From contig JAAOMT010000226.1 in NCBI GenBank assembly GCA_016748015.1, positions 1,098,604 through 1,162,603 on the forward strand: 64,000 bases of DNA. The letters are read 5' to 3'. Within the stretch, counting starts at the first letter, position 1, and the number at the start of each line of letters is the position of its first letter. The notes beneath the pieces are model-generated. The model did not search any database. It had not been told where the DNA came from and saw only the letters and a program-made list of their open reading frames with translations. Origin of the DNA: Geosiphon pyriformis uo1 (Eukaryota; Fungi; Glomeromycota). Of the stretch, positions 11,961 to 31,878 are shown one piece after another. A program made the position numbers and the translations under genes.

Positions 11961-13627
11961 CTAAGGCAACAAATCAATATTCAAACTTCGTAAGGCATTA
12001 ACGGCCCATTCTGGATAATTATCTCGACCTCTAAATAAATCCTTAAAAAATTTTTGAACGAAAAGAGGATAACTGTCTTCTATTATAGCTTGACGTATAC
12101 TTTCCATTAAGCGTAGTTGATAAGAAAGATTATGTAGAGTGATCAGATGACAACCAACTGTTTCACGTGTGGCTAAGGTGTGAATATAAGCACGAGTGTA
12201 AGATTTGCAGGTAACGCAGTTGCAATTCTCTTCGATTGGGCTAAAGTCCATCGCGAATTTTGTTGATTTCAATTTGAGAGTACCTTTTGCTGTAAGAGCG
12301 TGTCCAAATCGCTATTGTAACCAAAATTTTCAATGATTGATGATGAAATTAGATAGACAAAGTCAAAATATTAATTCTTACGGCGGTTCTAGTAGGAAAC
12401 ACACAGTCAAACATATCAACTCCAAGAGCTACGCAAACAACCAGATCTTCAGCATATCCCACTCCCATACAATATATTGGCTTATTTTTTGGCAATAAAT
12501 CAGTTGAAAGAGTAACCCTGTATTATGCAAAAAGATAATATATTTTTGATAATGATTGTGAGCTTTTTTGGGCGGGTTGAACAAATTATAGAAATAAGAT
12601 CTTTTTTCAACAATAACTTGCATTTTCCAAAAAGTATCCTTCTCTTCGCCTCCACTTAAGCCACCAATTGCATATCCGGGAGTATCTCTTTTTATCATCT
12701 CTTAAATATATTGAATATCTGATTAGAATTAGTTATATGGATTTATATTGCTAAATTTCTAACCTCTTATACATTTTCTTCGTAATTCTGGATTTAAGCC
12801 TCCTTGCACGATGGCAAATAAATTTTGTTTATCGGGATATTTATGTGCCTCTATGCATCGATCAAGCCATCTTATCGATCTAAGCATGGCTTCTTCAACT
12901 CGTGGTCCAGTGGTTAAAGAAGATACAACATCGTCCAATTGCATGATAATGTCAGCACCAATAGAATTTTGTAGAGACATTGAGTGTTCTGGTGTCAGAA
13001 GCATTAACGATCCATCATGAGGTGATTGAAATTGTACGCCTTGTTCAGTTATTTCAGCAAGTTTCAAAAGTGAAACCATTTGGAAGCCTCCACTATCCTG
13101 AAATAAATAAAAAATACTGAGGAGCTAATCCAAAAAATTACAAATTATCGACTTTTGATTTTAAAGCTTACCGTCAACAAATTTCGATCCCAGCCTTGAA
13201 ATTTATGTGAACCCCCAATATCATCAAGTAAATCCTGACCAGGGCGTAAACCCTAAGAGTAACATGTCATCCATCATTCATCATCTTCATTACATTCAAA
13301 AATTTGCCATTATGATGTATAATTTAAAGCTTTTTATTCCATCAAGGTTTAATAAAAAGTAAATTATCAAAAATGTAAAGATCTATCTTATGATGTTTTG
13401 CTCTTCTTTACCAGGTGATAAGTGTTGTTGAGTATTATTTGACACCCCATATCCTCAAGCTGTTTAGGGGTCAAACCTTTCAGGGAACCTTGAGTTGCCA
13501 CTGGCATGAAAACTGGTGTGTCAACAGGAAAATGTGGTAGAGTCAACTTTCCAACCCTGGCCTTTGTTTTAGAGCATCTCGCTATAATTTCCCAATGTAA
13601 AGCGGATTTCATACCAATAAAGTTCAT
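11961..13627 (-). CDS. QTRT1: Queuine tRNA-ribosyltransferase catalytic subunit (6 exons; start at 13627 or 13612)
   Basis: [67 protein letters not shown], Zn site C-x-C-x2-C...H; GC-AG intron 12518-12621. Confidence 0.96.
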
Positions 13628-13817
13628 TGGAAAATCGAGTTTTTTTTACCTCGGATAGATATTTGTTTCTGTTGACATCATCGGATCCTAAAATTGATCA
13701 TTTTTTTCCACAGATAATCGATTCGGATTGAACCATTTCTCCGCTCTGCTGAAAGGATTCCCTTTATTCTTTTTAATATTCGAGGGAAATTTGGTCCCTT
13801 GTCGTAAGGGTTTAGAA

Positions 13818-15919
<2,102 letters not shown>

Positions 15920-16385
15920 TAGGCAGTGGTGGGATTTTATAATTAAATAGAATTGACTAGTTTTCCTTATCGAAAACCTCCAACTAAAGCGATCAACGAC
16001 TGGATATTTCTCCCTAAAACAAAAAAAGTCATAAGAGGGCAAAGTTCGAAAAAAACAGAGGGTAAAATTTCTGGTTCAAAATTACTTTTTGTTGAATCTG
16101 CTTATGATTTTGGAAATCAGCTATAAAACAAAATGAAAGGCTACCGTTATTAAATGACAATTACTGTGGCTAAATCTGAAGTGATGTTCTGCAATTTTAC
16201 AAACGAACTAGTGTAAATCCTTTACATAATATTGAGCATGTGATATGCCACATTTTAGTTGAATTTCAAGTGCAATTAGAAAATCAAAAAACTTTTTTAA
16301 TAGTTTCGACCTATAAATTATTGGACGCGTCCTCATTAATTTCTTGGAAGTTGCTTTTTTATCTCACCGCGCAATTTGAAACAAA

Positions 16386-20424
<4,039 letters not shown>

Positions 20425-21792
20425 CCGAAGTCAGGAATTGAGTCTTCTGATTGAAAATTTATTGTCGGAGTTTTAAAAAGCTTGTATTACTTAAAAGATT
20501 ATCAATGGTATTAATAGGTTGGAAAAAAATTCTAACCCCCCTAGGTTTTTCAACGGCTTGCTTTTATAATGTTTATTATTTTTCTGATCAATTTTCATAT
20601 TTTAATTAAATAAAATAATAAGAAATTTTATTATAAATTTGTTAATAAATTTTATTTTATTTTTTATTTGTAATTTTTTAACAAAAGTGTGGTTTAATTA
20701 TTAACAACATATACATGTTTAAACATAAATGTGGTTCATGTTGTTTTGATTATATTATATTATTAATTAATATAATACTATTTTTTTTAATGATTTTTAT
20801 TTAATTATTAAAAACCATATTTTTTTAATGTAAGCAAAAACAAAATCTGAAAATTTTACCAAATTATATTATAAACATATATGTTATATTTACAAAAAAA
20901 TTATTTTATTATTAATATTATAATATTTAAAAACTCTTTTTTAAAATTAGTATTATCAATTAATATTTAAATTATAATTATTGTTAACAATAAGTAAAAT
21001 AAACCAAAATTATTTTAAAAATTATCAAAATTATTATGATTATCAATTAAAAATTGTTATTAATATATTGTTTTGATTTTTATATTAATATAATATAATT
21101 ATTTATAATTTACAAATATAATAAAATACTATAATTGAATTATATAAAACTTTAAACTTAATACAAAAACAATTTTAAACAGTTTAAGTAATTTAAATAA
21201 TTTTTTTTATTAAATATTTAATAAGTACAACTTAATCATTATTTAATATACATAGACAAATTAAGTATTTATAATTAAATATAACTTATATTTTTACATA
21301 TAATTAATTATTTAAGCTAAGATATAAAACTATTTTGATAAGTTTAAATAAACAAAAAAAACAGCTAAATATATAGTCTAAAATATATATATAAATTATT
21401 TTTTTGTAAAATTACAAATACTATTAAACTTTTATAATACTATTTAAAAATTTCTTACTAAATATTATAAAAATTACAGATTAATTAAAAAAATATTTTA
21501 ACAAATAAAATTATTATTATTTTTTAATTAATTTAATTAAAAAACTGCTTTAGTTTTTGTAATAACTATTATTAATATAATTATTATTTGGTTTATTAAT
21601 TATTAATAATTATTTATTATAATAAAAAATTTTAAAATAATTAAAATAATTAAATATTTGAATTTTATTTATATTTATAATATAATATATATATTTAGAT
21701 ATTATCAAGTTTAAAATTTTTATATATTAGATCTTTAAACATTTTTCAATAATAAAATTTTTATTTTTATTATTACTTATTATATTAATAAA

Positions 21793-24700
21793 TTTTTTTT
21801 TATCAACATTTAATAAGCAAGATCCAAATACTGTCTAGTACAATACATTAAATAATAATTCTAAACTAAGTATAAATCATGTATTTTCTATATATGACCA
21901 ACCACTCAAGCTGATTAGGACAATACTATACACCTATATAAACAGAAATAGAATTTCCAATATCTGAAAAAAACAAGCAGGACTTACAAAACCCAAAGCT
22001 AGTATCAAATGCTTCAATAATACTGAGCAACCTAACCACATCAGCAGAAAGCACTGAGAGGAATCCAAAGACTGAAACCAAAGCCAAATCATCATGTGAT
22101 ATTAGTCCATTCTTTTCCATAAATGCACAATGTTTAACACAGACAGCCCAAACCTCATCTCTGAAAGCAAAGCAGAAATTATGCACAAAGTCCACAATCT
22201 TCTAATTTGCAATCTTTGAATTCCCAAAAACAAACACAGTCTTTTGTAGCCAATCATTAAAAACAAAACCTTTGCAAAAAGCCATATACACTATTATATT
22301 TAAAGCACAGAAAGACAGCAACTGAGACACATATAAAGAGAAGTGAGAAAGACCAAAAAGCACACCTCAAGCAACTATATAGGCATCCAACAATCAATGG
22401 TAAACAGAATCATTAATTACACAAGAAAAAACATGATCTGAGATCTCAATATTACCACAATACAGACACAATACACTGGAGTAACATTTGTCATATAGGC
22501 ATTTTCAAACAGCAACTGGCAGCTGATGGTGTAAAGCCTTTATAAAATATGTATGAACACCAGCAGTTGACCTACTAGTAAAACCAGCAGTTATGTACAA
22601 ATCGAGATACCATACCAAAGATGAGCTAAACCAATTAACATTTAACAACAAATTACTATCCAGAACTCTAGAACCAGAACCAACTTTCCAATATGCATAA
22701 TGAACAGACTAAAAGATTTTACAAACAAAATGTTTAAAATTGTTAGAAACAACATTACTATTAGCCATAATGTAACATTCATCTAACTGAGACAGAAAAC
22801 ACTAAGAAGAATAAGAAGCCATATTAGCAAGCACATCTATATGCATATTATCCAACACATCTAAATGCTTTTTCACCTTTTGCCAACTAATGTTTAAGCT
22901 TTTTTTCCAAACAATATTTACTATGTACTAATACTCAACCCAATATCAATTCCAAAAATCCGGATGCATAAGACCCAAATTCAATCTACATGTATTCAAA
23001 ACAGCCTAACTGTCTGTAAAAAGACAAACTGAGCTAAAAAAGGGAACATACTTAAGAGCCAGCACAATAGCCTACAATTCTGCCAGAGTGAAAAAAATCA
23101 ACCCAAAACTCTAATCCTCAAACCCAGGTTAATATTCTCAAAATAAACTGCTGTACCAGCCCTAATCTCTACACTCTCTAAGTTCTTTAGAGATCCATCA
23201 GTATAGACAGAAAGACTGTTAACCATGACATCCAACAAATGATCACATACAAGTCTAAATTTACCAGTCTCCAAAACATTCAAAGGTCTAGAAACACCCA
23301 AAAAAGCCAAGCAAGTGAGAAAAAAAGCCACATCATTAAAAAAGCTAACAGAATACTCAAACCAATTAAGAACAAGACCATGTAGATTCAACTTTTTCTA
23401 ATACTTGAAAGTTTTCTAATTAAAAACAGAACCATCCTTATAGCAAAGCTGCTCCACAAAAACAATATTATAGTGCTAAAGGAATGAGAAAAACTTAAAA
23501 AATTCAGATTTGTCAAGAACTGATGACATAGAAGTTCTATCATAAAAATGGAAAGAATTGTTCATATAACCACCCAAAAACAACCTACATCCAAGAAAAA
23601 TATAAACCACATCTGCCAAAAAGTTATTAGAAGCATTAACTTTAATATGAGTAGGAGAGACCAAAGGGTAAAATGGACTCCAAGACAGAATCTGCAAATC
23701 ATGAAACTGGTGCAAAAACAAATAACCTAAAATCCTGACAGAGTTTGCAAAACATACTACAGAAGCCACTTTGTTCTCAGTCTGTACTTGCTCAAAAGTT
23801 TTCAAATTATACAATAAAAGATAACAGAACACATTATTGGAAAAATCAAGAAGCAGACCAAATTTTAACTTTAAGCCCTTATAGATCAAAGCATCCTACT
23901 TATTGCACATATTAATAGGAACAAAGCTGAACTGCATTTTGTAGCTAACAATGGGATAAAGAATTGTTAACACTAAATACAAAAATTGTTTATCAAAAAC
24001 AGTTTTCTTCAGAACAAGATTAGCAAAAAAACAGACATCAGAATATGCTTTGGTCAAGCTAGGCTTTGACAAGCTTTTAGTTAACAAAAAATACCCAAGT
24101 AGCAATAAGATTTGTCCCTCTTGGTGATGGAAATAAGTGAACCACCAATTGACAAATTAGAAGAATCAACTTTGCAATTAATAAGAATGACTATCATCTT
24201 GTTATTATTGATAAAAATGTTATTAATCCAAAAAAATTCACTAGCAATGTTCAAAATGTGTTGGGTTGCAGATTGACTGCTACTAATTCAGATTGTGTTA
24301 TTGACAAAAACACCAGCAGTGAGAAAAAATGTCAATCTAGCTTGAGATTCTAAGCGACCTATTCTGGCAACATAATGAAAGTTCAGCCTGTATTCACATA
24401 CACTTTTCTGTCTCTTAATCTTACATAGAAGGAAATCATAAAATATGTACTAAAGAAACAGCAAGAACATCTTTCTTTAATCTAAACTGTTATGCACCCG
24501 ATATCTATCTGTTAACCCAAAATTTGTCATAATCTTATTAACATGATTATTGTAAATGCTACCAAAAAACCTAATAAACTTGTCACACATTTTTATCCTA
24601 ACTAAGCTTTTTTTAAGATGTTCCCATTTAACAGAGTCATAGGTCTTTCTCATGTCTTGTAAGACCAACCAGAGTTTACAATTTTTTTCCAAAGCATCCT

Positions 24701-27700
24701 CAATGACTAAATTAACAGCAAAAATAGAAGATTACATCATTATGCTCTTTAAAACTAAAAAGTTGTCTTCACACAAAACATCAAAAGTGCTATACGCCAA
24801 TGAAATTCTGTCTAAAAAAATTTTGGAAAGAATTTTACAGGCTGTCTCAATCAAAACAATTGGCTGAATATTAGTGAAAATGCACTTCTACTTATAAAGT
24901 TTAGGAATTATTAAGATCCAAGCTTCCTTTCAAACATGGAGTACCAATTCACAAGACAAACAAGAATTCAAAAGTGCTAAAAACATATCTAAAACTGTCC
25001 TATCACAATGTTTCCAGAGCTCATTTGAGATTTCAGAAAGATCTGCAGCCTTACCATTAAACAAATTAGAGACCATACAAAACAACTCATCAAAGCCAAC
25101 CAAACCCATCACTTTCGAGAAAGCATCATTAAAAATGTACTCCAAAGACTAATATTGATAAAGCTACTTATCAAAAAAATTAGCCTCCACCCTGCACTTT
25201 CTAATCCAGCTCTCCATTATCAAATTCACTTTAGTCTTAACCAGTTTGAGTTTTAGAATCAGTTCATTCTCAATAACCAGATAGTCTAAAACTATTTTTC
25301 AAAAAGGACACTCCAATGTACTCTTAATTGTATAACCCTTATTAACTGCAAAATTTTCTATTCTTTTATCAATAACTGACCTGATTTCCGACTTCTTAGC
25401 TTGCAAAGACTTGGCAAGTTTAGAGGCATGATATAATTTTCTCATACTGAAAAGAGCTGAATACACATGATCAAAATTCACATTAAAGTCCATAAGATCT
25501 TGAATATTTAAAGCCTTAATACTGTTCAAAGAATTCCAGCACTTCATAAAAGACACAAATCTGTTAGGACTCTCTTCATAAGAAGCCTTGACAATTCTTG
25601 AAACTAAAAGCTCCAGTTTATAAAACTTAGAAGAATTTCTGGTAAAAACATTATTATAGTCCTTGAATCATTTTTTTTTGAATATCTTATTAGCTGAAAG
25701 AGTCATTATTTTGCAAACAATATTCTATATTGCACTCAAATTTGAAAACTCCATAGAGATTGCAAACTTATTAGAGAATATTGCTGTATTGGCAGCTGTG
25801 GTGTCTTTGAAATCGTTCTATTTCATATTATTAGCACTCTTAAAATCAAACTTTCATTGGTCTCTATTAGCCTGTTTGTGAATAGAGTTTAATTGCACAT
25901 CCAGAAGCCCACCTAAACTCACAGACATAAAAACTGCTTGGTAATTAGTGTCAAAATATTCACTAACATCCATAACATTGTGATTTACTATTGTATTAAC
26001 CAAATTTGAAAAAATAAATATGTAATCAATTGTTTTTTCTACATCTCTTGAGTTTTTCCATGTTGGATCCTTTGCGATTAGATTCTTTAACAAAGAATTG
26101 ACCAGCCCCAAATCAAAGCATTTCTTGAAACTCACACATCTACAAAAACTATTCTCATTGAAATTTTTACCTAATACAACAAAAAAAGACTTATTCATAA
26201 TCTTAGCTATCAAAAAATTAATATTACCAGCCTGAAAAAAATGAACAGCCAAGAAAGCACCAATATAAAACTCCAGAATCAAAACAGAAGATTTGTTCTT
26301 AAAAAACAACTTAACAGAAAGAAGCTGGCCAAGCATTTCAAAAACTTTATACACATGATGAGCCAGAGAAGTGTTCATAATGATTGCCACCTTAGCACCA
26401 AGAAACTCTTTGTCTAATCCAGATGAAAAATCCTAATCCTACTAAACTTATCCTTAATCTATGGTCTACAGCTAAACCTTAATTTCATTTTCATAACTAT
26501 TGAAACCAAATTTCCAGAATCTTTATGCCAATGAATAATATCCTCTTGTTTAACAAAGACATTAATACTGCGAACATTACACATAACAATTTTTTACACA
26601 AAATCACTTATTGAGAAATAAGAGGAGCTAATAAACCCAAACCAGAGCACAAGCAATCCAATCTTTCCAAAACTAATTCAATTGACACTTCCAAAGCCAC
26701 CATCTTAGATTCCAATCCACTTATCTTCATGGTCAAAACCTTAGAACTATTTGAACTAAAGTCAATAACTGTATTTGCAACAACCAAAAAAGAGGGGGCA
26801 GGAGACATCAATGTGTTATCCAAGACCATATCTGAATTCAAATTAGAAGCCAAAGACACTTGAACAACCAAAGAGGATACATAAGATGCATTTGCTAAGG
26901 GCATTAATTTTACAAAGCTTAGTTTTTTCATGATAATAGAAACCTAATCTAACAAAAGCTCTAAAGAACATTCCAAAGAAGCCAAACAATTAACCAAACA
27001 GAGATCACTAAAAGTATCAGAAACCATTAAAATGGGTTTTACATCTGAAGCCAAACCAGCACCAAAAAAGTCCAATGAGATTACATGAAGGGAAAAACCA
27101 TCAGCAATTTGGGCCCAAGTTTTGCCACTAAAAAAAACTGGATGAGCAATAGATGTCTGCTTCTTCTTATAAATATTAGCCAAGCAGACACAATCTTGAG
27201 AATTTACTACCTGTTTATCATGACCATCAAGATTTTTACCTACAGCACAATCAACAGATATATAACCAAATTGTATATACTAAGCACAACAGACCAAAAA
27301 GAGACCAGCTCAGTGCAAATTCACACCCTTAAACACCAAAATAAAGCCAATAGCAGCCAATAAGGATGTCTCATTTTCAAAACACACTATAGCACACCTA
27401 TTACACACATATAAATTTGGATTATGGCCAATGAAGCAAGTTTTTCTACCATAAGAAACTAATAAATTAGATATGTCATGAACACTAATGCCAACTAAAA
27501 GCATATACAACAAAGCTCAATACTGGTCTCTAAACACCTATGTTTATTTATCACCAATTGCCTTTGCCATACAAACAGAATTTTTTTCATAAAAACAGAC
27601 CATTTAATTGCAACCAAATTAGTTATTTCAGATAATTCATATTTCACCAAAGTTTTTTGTCATAAACCAATTAATTGCATTTTAATTGATACAATCTTAT

Positions 27701-29093
27701 CAAACTTAGAAAAAACTAACTTCATAGCCGATTTGAGAAGATCAACTGGAATTTTCTTGACAATTATTTTTCAATCCAAATAGCTGTTTACCTTCTTTAG
27801 ATCATCATTAACCAGAATTTTTTCACAGATTGCCAATTTCTTTGTTTTATTCAAACCAAATTCAGATGTAAAAGATGACCTAATAATACCAAAAAATTTT
27901 AAGAAAGTGAAAGCCTCTCCAAAACCATCAATTTAATAAAAAAATTTTTTGATCGCAATTAGTTTATCATTATTAGTCTTTCCAAGTATTGCCAACAGTT
28001 CAATATCTAATGTGAATGATTTAACAGAATTAAAATTCCTAACTTCCATATTATGTAATTCAGCCAATAATAGCTTATAAAATTTAGAAAACTTAAACAC
28101 CAGAAGCATTAATTCAGCACCATCATTACTCAAGCTATTGAAAAAAAGCACATTTGGTAACTGTCCCAATACATATGTTCTCATATGTATTTTCCTTAAA
28201 ATAGCATTATTTATCATGTTATCTGTCTCAAAAGCATTAGAGTCAATGTAGCTTGTTTTTTCAGTAATTGTGTTCTTTATGTTTTTCACATCTAACACTT
28301 TACTAACACTGTTTTTTTTACTATCTATTTTACTGTCCCAAGATTTAGCATGCTTAATACTGGTAGTTAACAACATGTTAGCAAACAAAAGTTCAGCCAA
28401 CAAATCTACCATAACATCAGGAGTCTCAGGCTTTTTCGGTTTTTTGAATAAGAGATCACAAGAGTAGACACTTTCAATACACACTTTTTTTTTACTATTC
28501 CAACCCAGCTGAAACCAAACCAGAACCACTAGCAGACAAACTTACCTGTTTTATTATAACAAAAAAGGGTGTATTAGAAGAAATAACTTAAGAAAACAAA
28601 GGGAAAAAAGAAAAAAAAAAGCAATTTTTTCAAAAAACTTTTACTCTCATCGTGGTCAGGAGATTGACAAAAGAAAAAAAAATTTGTGCCACAGAATTTC
28701 ATTAATANNNNNNNNNNNNNNNNNNNNGTCCCAAGATTTAGCATGCTTAATACTGGTAGTTAACAACATGTTAGCAAACAAAAGTTCAGCCAACAAATCT
28801 ACCATAACATCAGGAGTCTCAGGCTTTTTCGGTTTTTTGAATAAGAGATCACAAGAGTAGACACTTTCAATACACACTTTTTTTTTACTATTCCAACCCA
28901 GCTGAAACCAAACCAGAACCACTAGCAGACAAACTTACCTGTTTTATTATAACAAAAAAGGGTGTATTAGAAGAAATAACTTAAGAAAACAAAGGGAAAA
29001 AAGAAAAAAAAAAGCAATTTTTTCAAAAAACTTTTACTCTCATCGTGGTCAGGAGATTGACAAAAGAAAAAAAAATTTGTGCCACAGAATTTC
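21793..29093 (-). mobile_element. Full-length decayed L1-like LINE: ORF1 (CCHC), ORF2 APE endonuclease-RT-RNase H-CCHC, poly-A
   Basis: EN: CNVRSIN, GKNFNE, TIDYIF; RT: QDMRKTYDSV, IVLIETACKILSK; RNase H: VYTDGS..AGTAVYF; C-terminal CLYCG..DHVFSC; T-run at 21793-21801; TSD attaataa at 21784-21791 and 29094-29101. Confidence 0.9.
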
Positions 29094-29100
29094 ATTAATA
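28335..29100. other. Assembly gap (20 N, 28708-28727) flanked by an identical 373-bp duplication
   Basis: 28335-28707 is identical to 28728-29100. Confidence 0.95.
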
Positions 29101-29298
29101 ATAATTAAAATCTTTAATAAACAATAATTAATTTTGGTGTAATAAGTAAATAATATAATAAAATAAATATTACAAATAGATTTTTTAAAGTATTAAAAGA
29201 TTATATAATTATCAAAAAATATGTATATATATTTTTTACATAAATTTGGGTTAATTAATAGCCAATAATAAGATTAGCATATTATATAGCAAATTAAT

Positions 29299-29740
29299 AT
29301 TATCTAAAACTTAAAAATATTATAATATTCATATTATCAAAAATTATATTTTCTTAATATTAACTTAAATTAGTTTTGATTATTACTTTAAAACCAATTT
29401 TTAGCATTATTTAAGACTCAAAGTTATCATAATATGTATATTATTAAAAATTGTATTTTTTTAATATTAAATTAAGTTGGTTTTTATTGTTGTTTTAAAA
29501 CCAAATTTTTAATACTAATATTATTTAAACTTAGAGTTACTATAGTATTTATATTATTAAAAATTGCATTTTTTTAATATTAATTTAAGTTAGTTTTTAT
29601 TATTGTTCTAAATTCAAATTTTTAATATTAGTATTATTTAAAAGTTAAAATTACTACAATATTTATATTATTAAAAATTATGTTTTTTTAATATTAATTT
29701 AAGTAGTTTTATTATTATTTAAGACAAATTTTAAGCTAAA
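29299..29740. repeat. Tandem repeat, ~4 x 110 bp
   Basis: Unit attat(c/t)taaaactta...tattatcaaaaattg(c/t)atttt(c/t)ttaatattaa(c/t)ttaagtt repeats four times; only two units at ~41615-41830. Confidence 0.75.
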
Positions 29741-30699
29741 AAAATTAAAATAGCAATTTAAAAAAAGTTACACTTATTTTTTTTATATAATTTTATTAAT
29801 TTTATTAATTATTAAACTAATTTTTTTAACAGTTTTTTGCTATTATTTTAAATAATTTTATAAATAATAATACTTTTATAAGGAAATTAAAAAAAATTAA
29901 AAAAATTTATTGTAATTTTTATATAGTGTTTTATTATTTTACAATAATACACAAGTAAATTATAGTTTTATTATTTTTAATTATAAAATAGTTATTAAAA
30001 TTAATTAAAACATAATTTATATTTAGGTTTTTAAAATTATTAAAATTATTAATTATTTTTATTAATAATTTTAATAATTAAACAAAATTAATAATAAATT
30101 TATTAATCAACTATTTATTGGGTTTTGAATTTAAATAACAAAAAAAATAACAATTATTTAAGAAACTAAAACAAAAATAAAAACAAAAACAAAAAGTATA
30201 AAATAAGTTAGTTTTTATATTTTTGTAAAAAAATAAACTTTTTGTTTTTTTGTTTAATTTTTTTATAATTTATATATTTGATTGATTTTTTATATTTAAT
30301 TATAAAATTATTAAAATTTAAAATTTTTTTAATTTTATTTGTTATTTAAAAATCAAAATCAAAATTCTAAACTTTTGTTTAAATTAAATAATAAAAAACT
30401 TTTTTTTTTAATATTTTTAAGTATTGTTATTTATAAAATATAAAAAAATAATTAATAAAATATAACATAAATTAGTTAATTATATAAAAAAATAGTCAAA
30501 TAACATAGAAATTTTAATAATAATTTAGAAAAAATATAAAATAGTTAAAGATTTAAAATATTTATATTATAAAAGTTATGTAAATATAATAATAATAATA
30601 ATAATAATAGAAAAAAACATTTAATTTAGAAATTAAAAATTTAATAATTAAAGCAAATTTTTTTATAAAATTATATTTAATTATTTATAATAAATTTAT

Positions 30700-31170
30700 T
30701 AATTAAATTTATTTAACTACATAAATTATTATTTATTTTATTAAAATCACTTATTTTTAATATTTTTTTATTAAAATAATAAATACTAATAGCTTATATT
30801 TAAAAAAGTTATAATATTAAAATAACAATTTTTAATTATAACTATTAATAAAATACTAATTTTTTTATTTATTTTAGTTTATTTTATTTTATTTTTTGTT
30901 ATTGTTTTTATTAAATTAATTGATTAAAAAATAAGTATTAAGATTATAATATTACATATTACTTGGCAAAAAGCACAAAAATAAGCATAATATTAATTAT
31001 TTAATAATTAAATAACTTATTAAAAAGTAAAAAACATCAAAATAAACTGATTATTATATTAAAAAATAAAATACTAAATATTGTCAATTATTATTAAAAA
31101 TTTCAATTATTAAAACTATTAAATTTACCAAAACTTTTAAATTATTACAAATTATTAAATCATATATTTA
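30700..31170 (+). repeat. Extremely decayed LTR remnant
   Basis: Residual LTR R/U5 blocks (atactaatttt...attaattgattaaaaaataagtattaag). Confidence 0.4.
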
Positions 31171-31878
31171 TTTTTAATAACATTCTAAAATGCTAAAATA
31201 TATTGTAAAAAAAACAAAGTTATTAAACAAGTAGTTTTTTAAACATATTCTTATATATAAAAAAAGCTTAAGAGTTTTTAAATAACTTTAAAAATTATTC
31301 TTAAAATAAAATAATTTTAAATTATTTTCTAATAAATTATATAAACTTATAATGTGTTTTATTTACACATAATTTATTATATAGTAATCATGTAATTTAT
31401 TATTTTATTAATAAAATAATTATTTTTATATCTTTTTTATATATTATATGAAAATTTTAATAATGACACAATATTTAATGTTTTTAAAATATTCGCATCA
31501 TAATAACAAAATAATACAATTTAATTAACAACTTAATTAAATATAAATTTTTTGACAATTAAAAAACATTAATTAAAATTAATAATTAACACATATAAAT
31601 ATGTTTTAAAATTATTATATGCTTTTATTAATAGCTTAATTGACTTAAATAGCCAATTATTTATAAACAACACATAAATTACATTTATTATGAAACATTT
31701 ACATATCATATTTAAGTAAATAACAATTAATAAAACATTAAAAAAATTATATTATTTTTATTAAAATAAAAAGCTTCAAAATATAATTTTTGATTGTAAA
31801 AAAGATCAGAAACAAGCCTACATCTGATATTACGCAGTATGTTGTCAAAAAAAAATCACCATAGTTTGTTAATAAAGC

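Larger units (their letters stand above)
21070..30130. mobile_element. Heavily decayed second copy of the 40327-45522 element, split by the LINE insertion (boundaries approximate)
   Basis: 21300-21790 matches ~40750-41430 and 29094-29900 matches ~41430-42000; the two halves rejoin across the LINE TSD. Confidence 0.65.

Noticed and set aside
28335-29100. Apparent tandem duplication of the LINE 5' end / second ORF1 start
   Set aside because: The two copies are 100% identical either side of an N gap in otherwise decayed DNA, so these are unmerged contig ends.
20560-31815. Long inverted repeats bounding the whole AT block (MULE-like)
   Set aside because: Only short AT-rich word matches with inconsistent spacing and no TSD.
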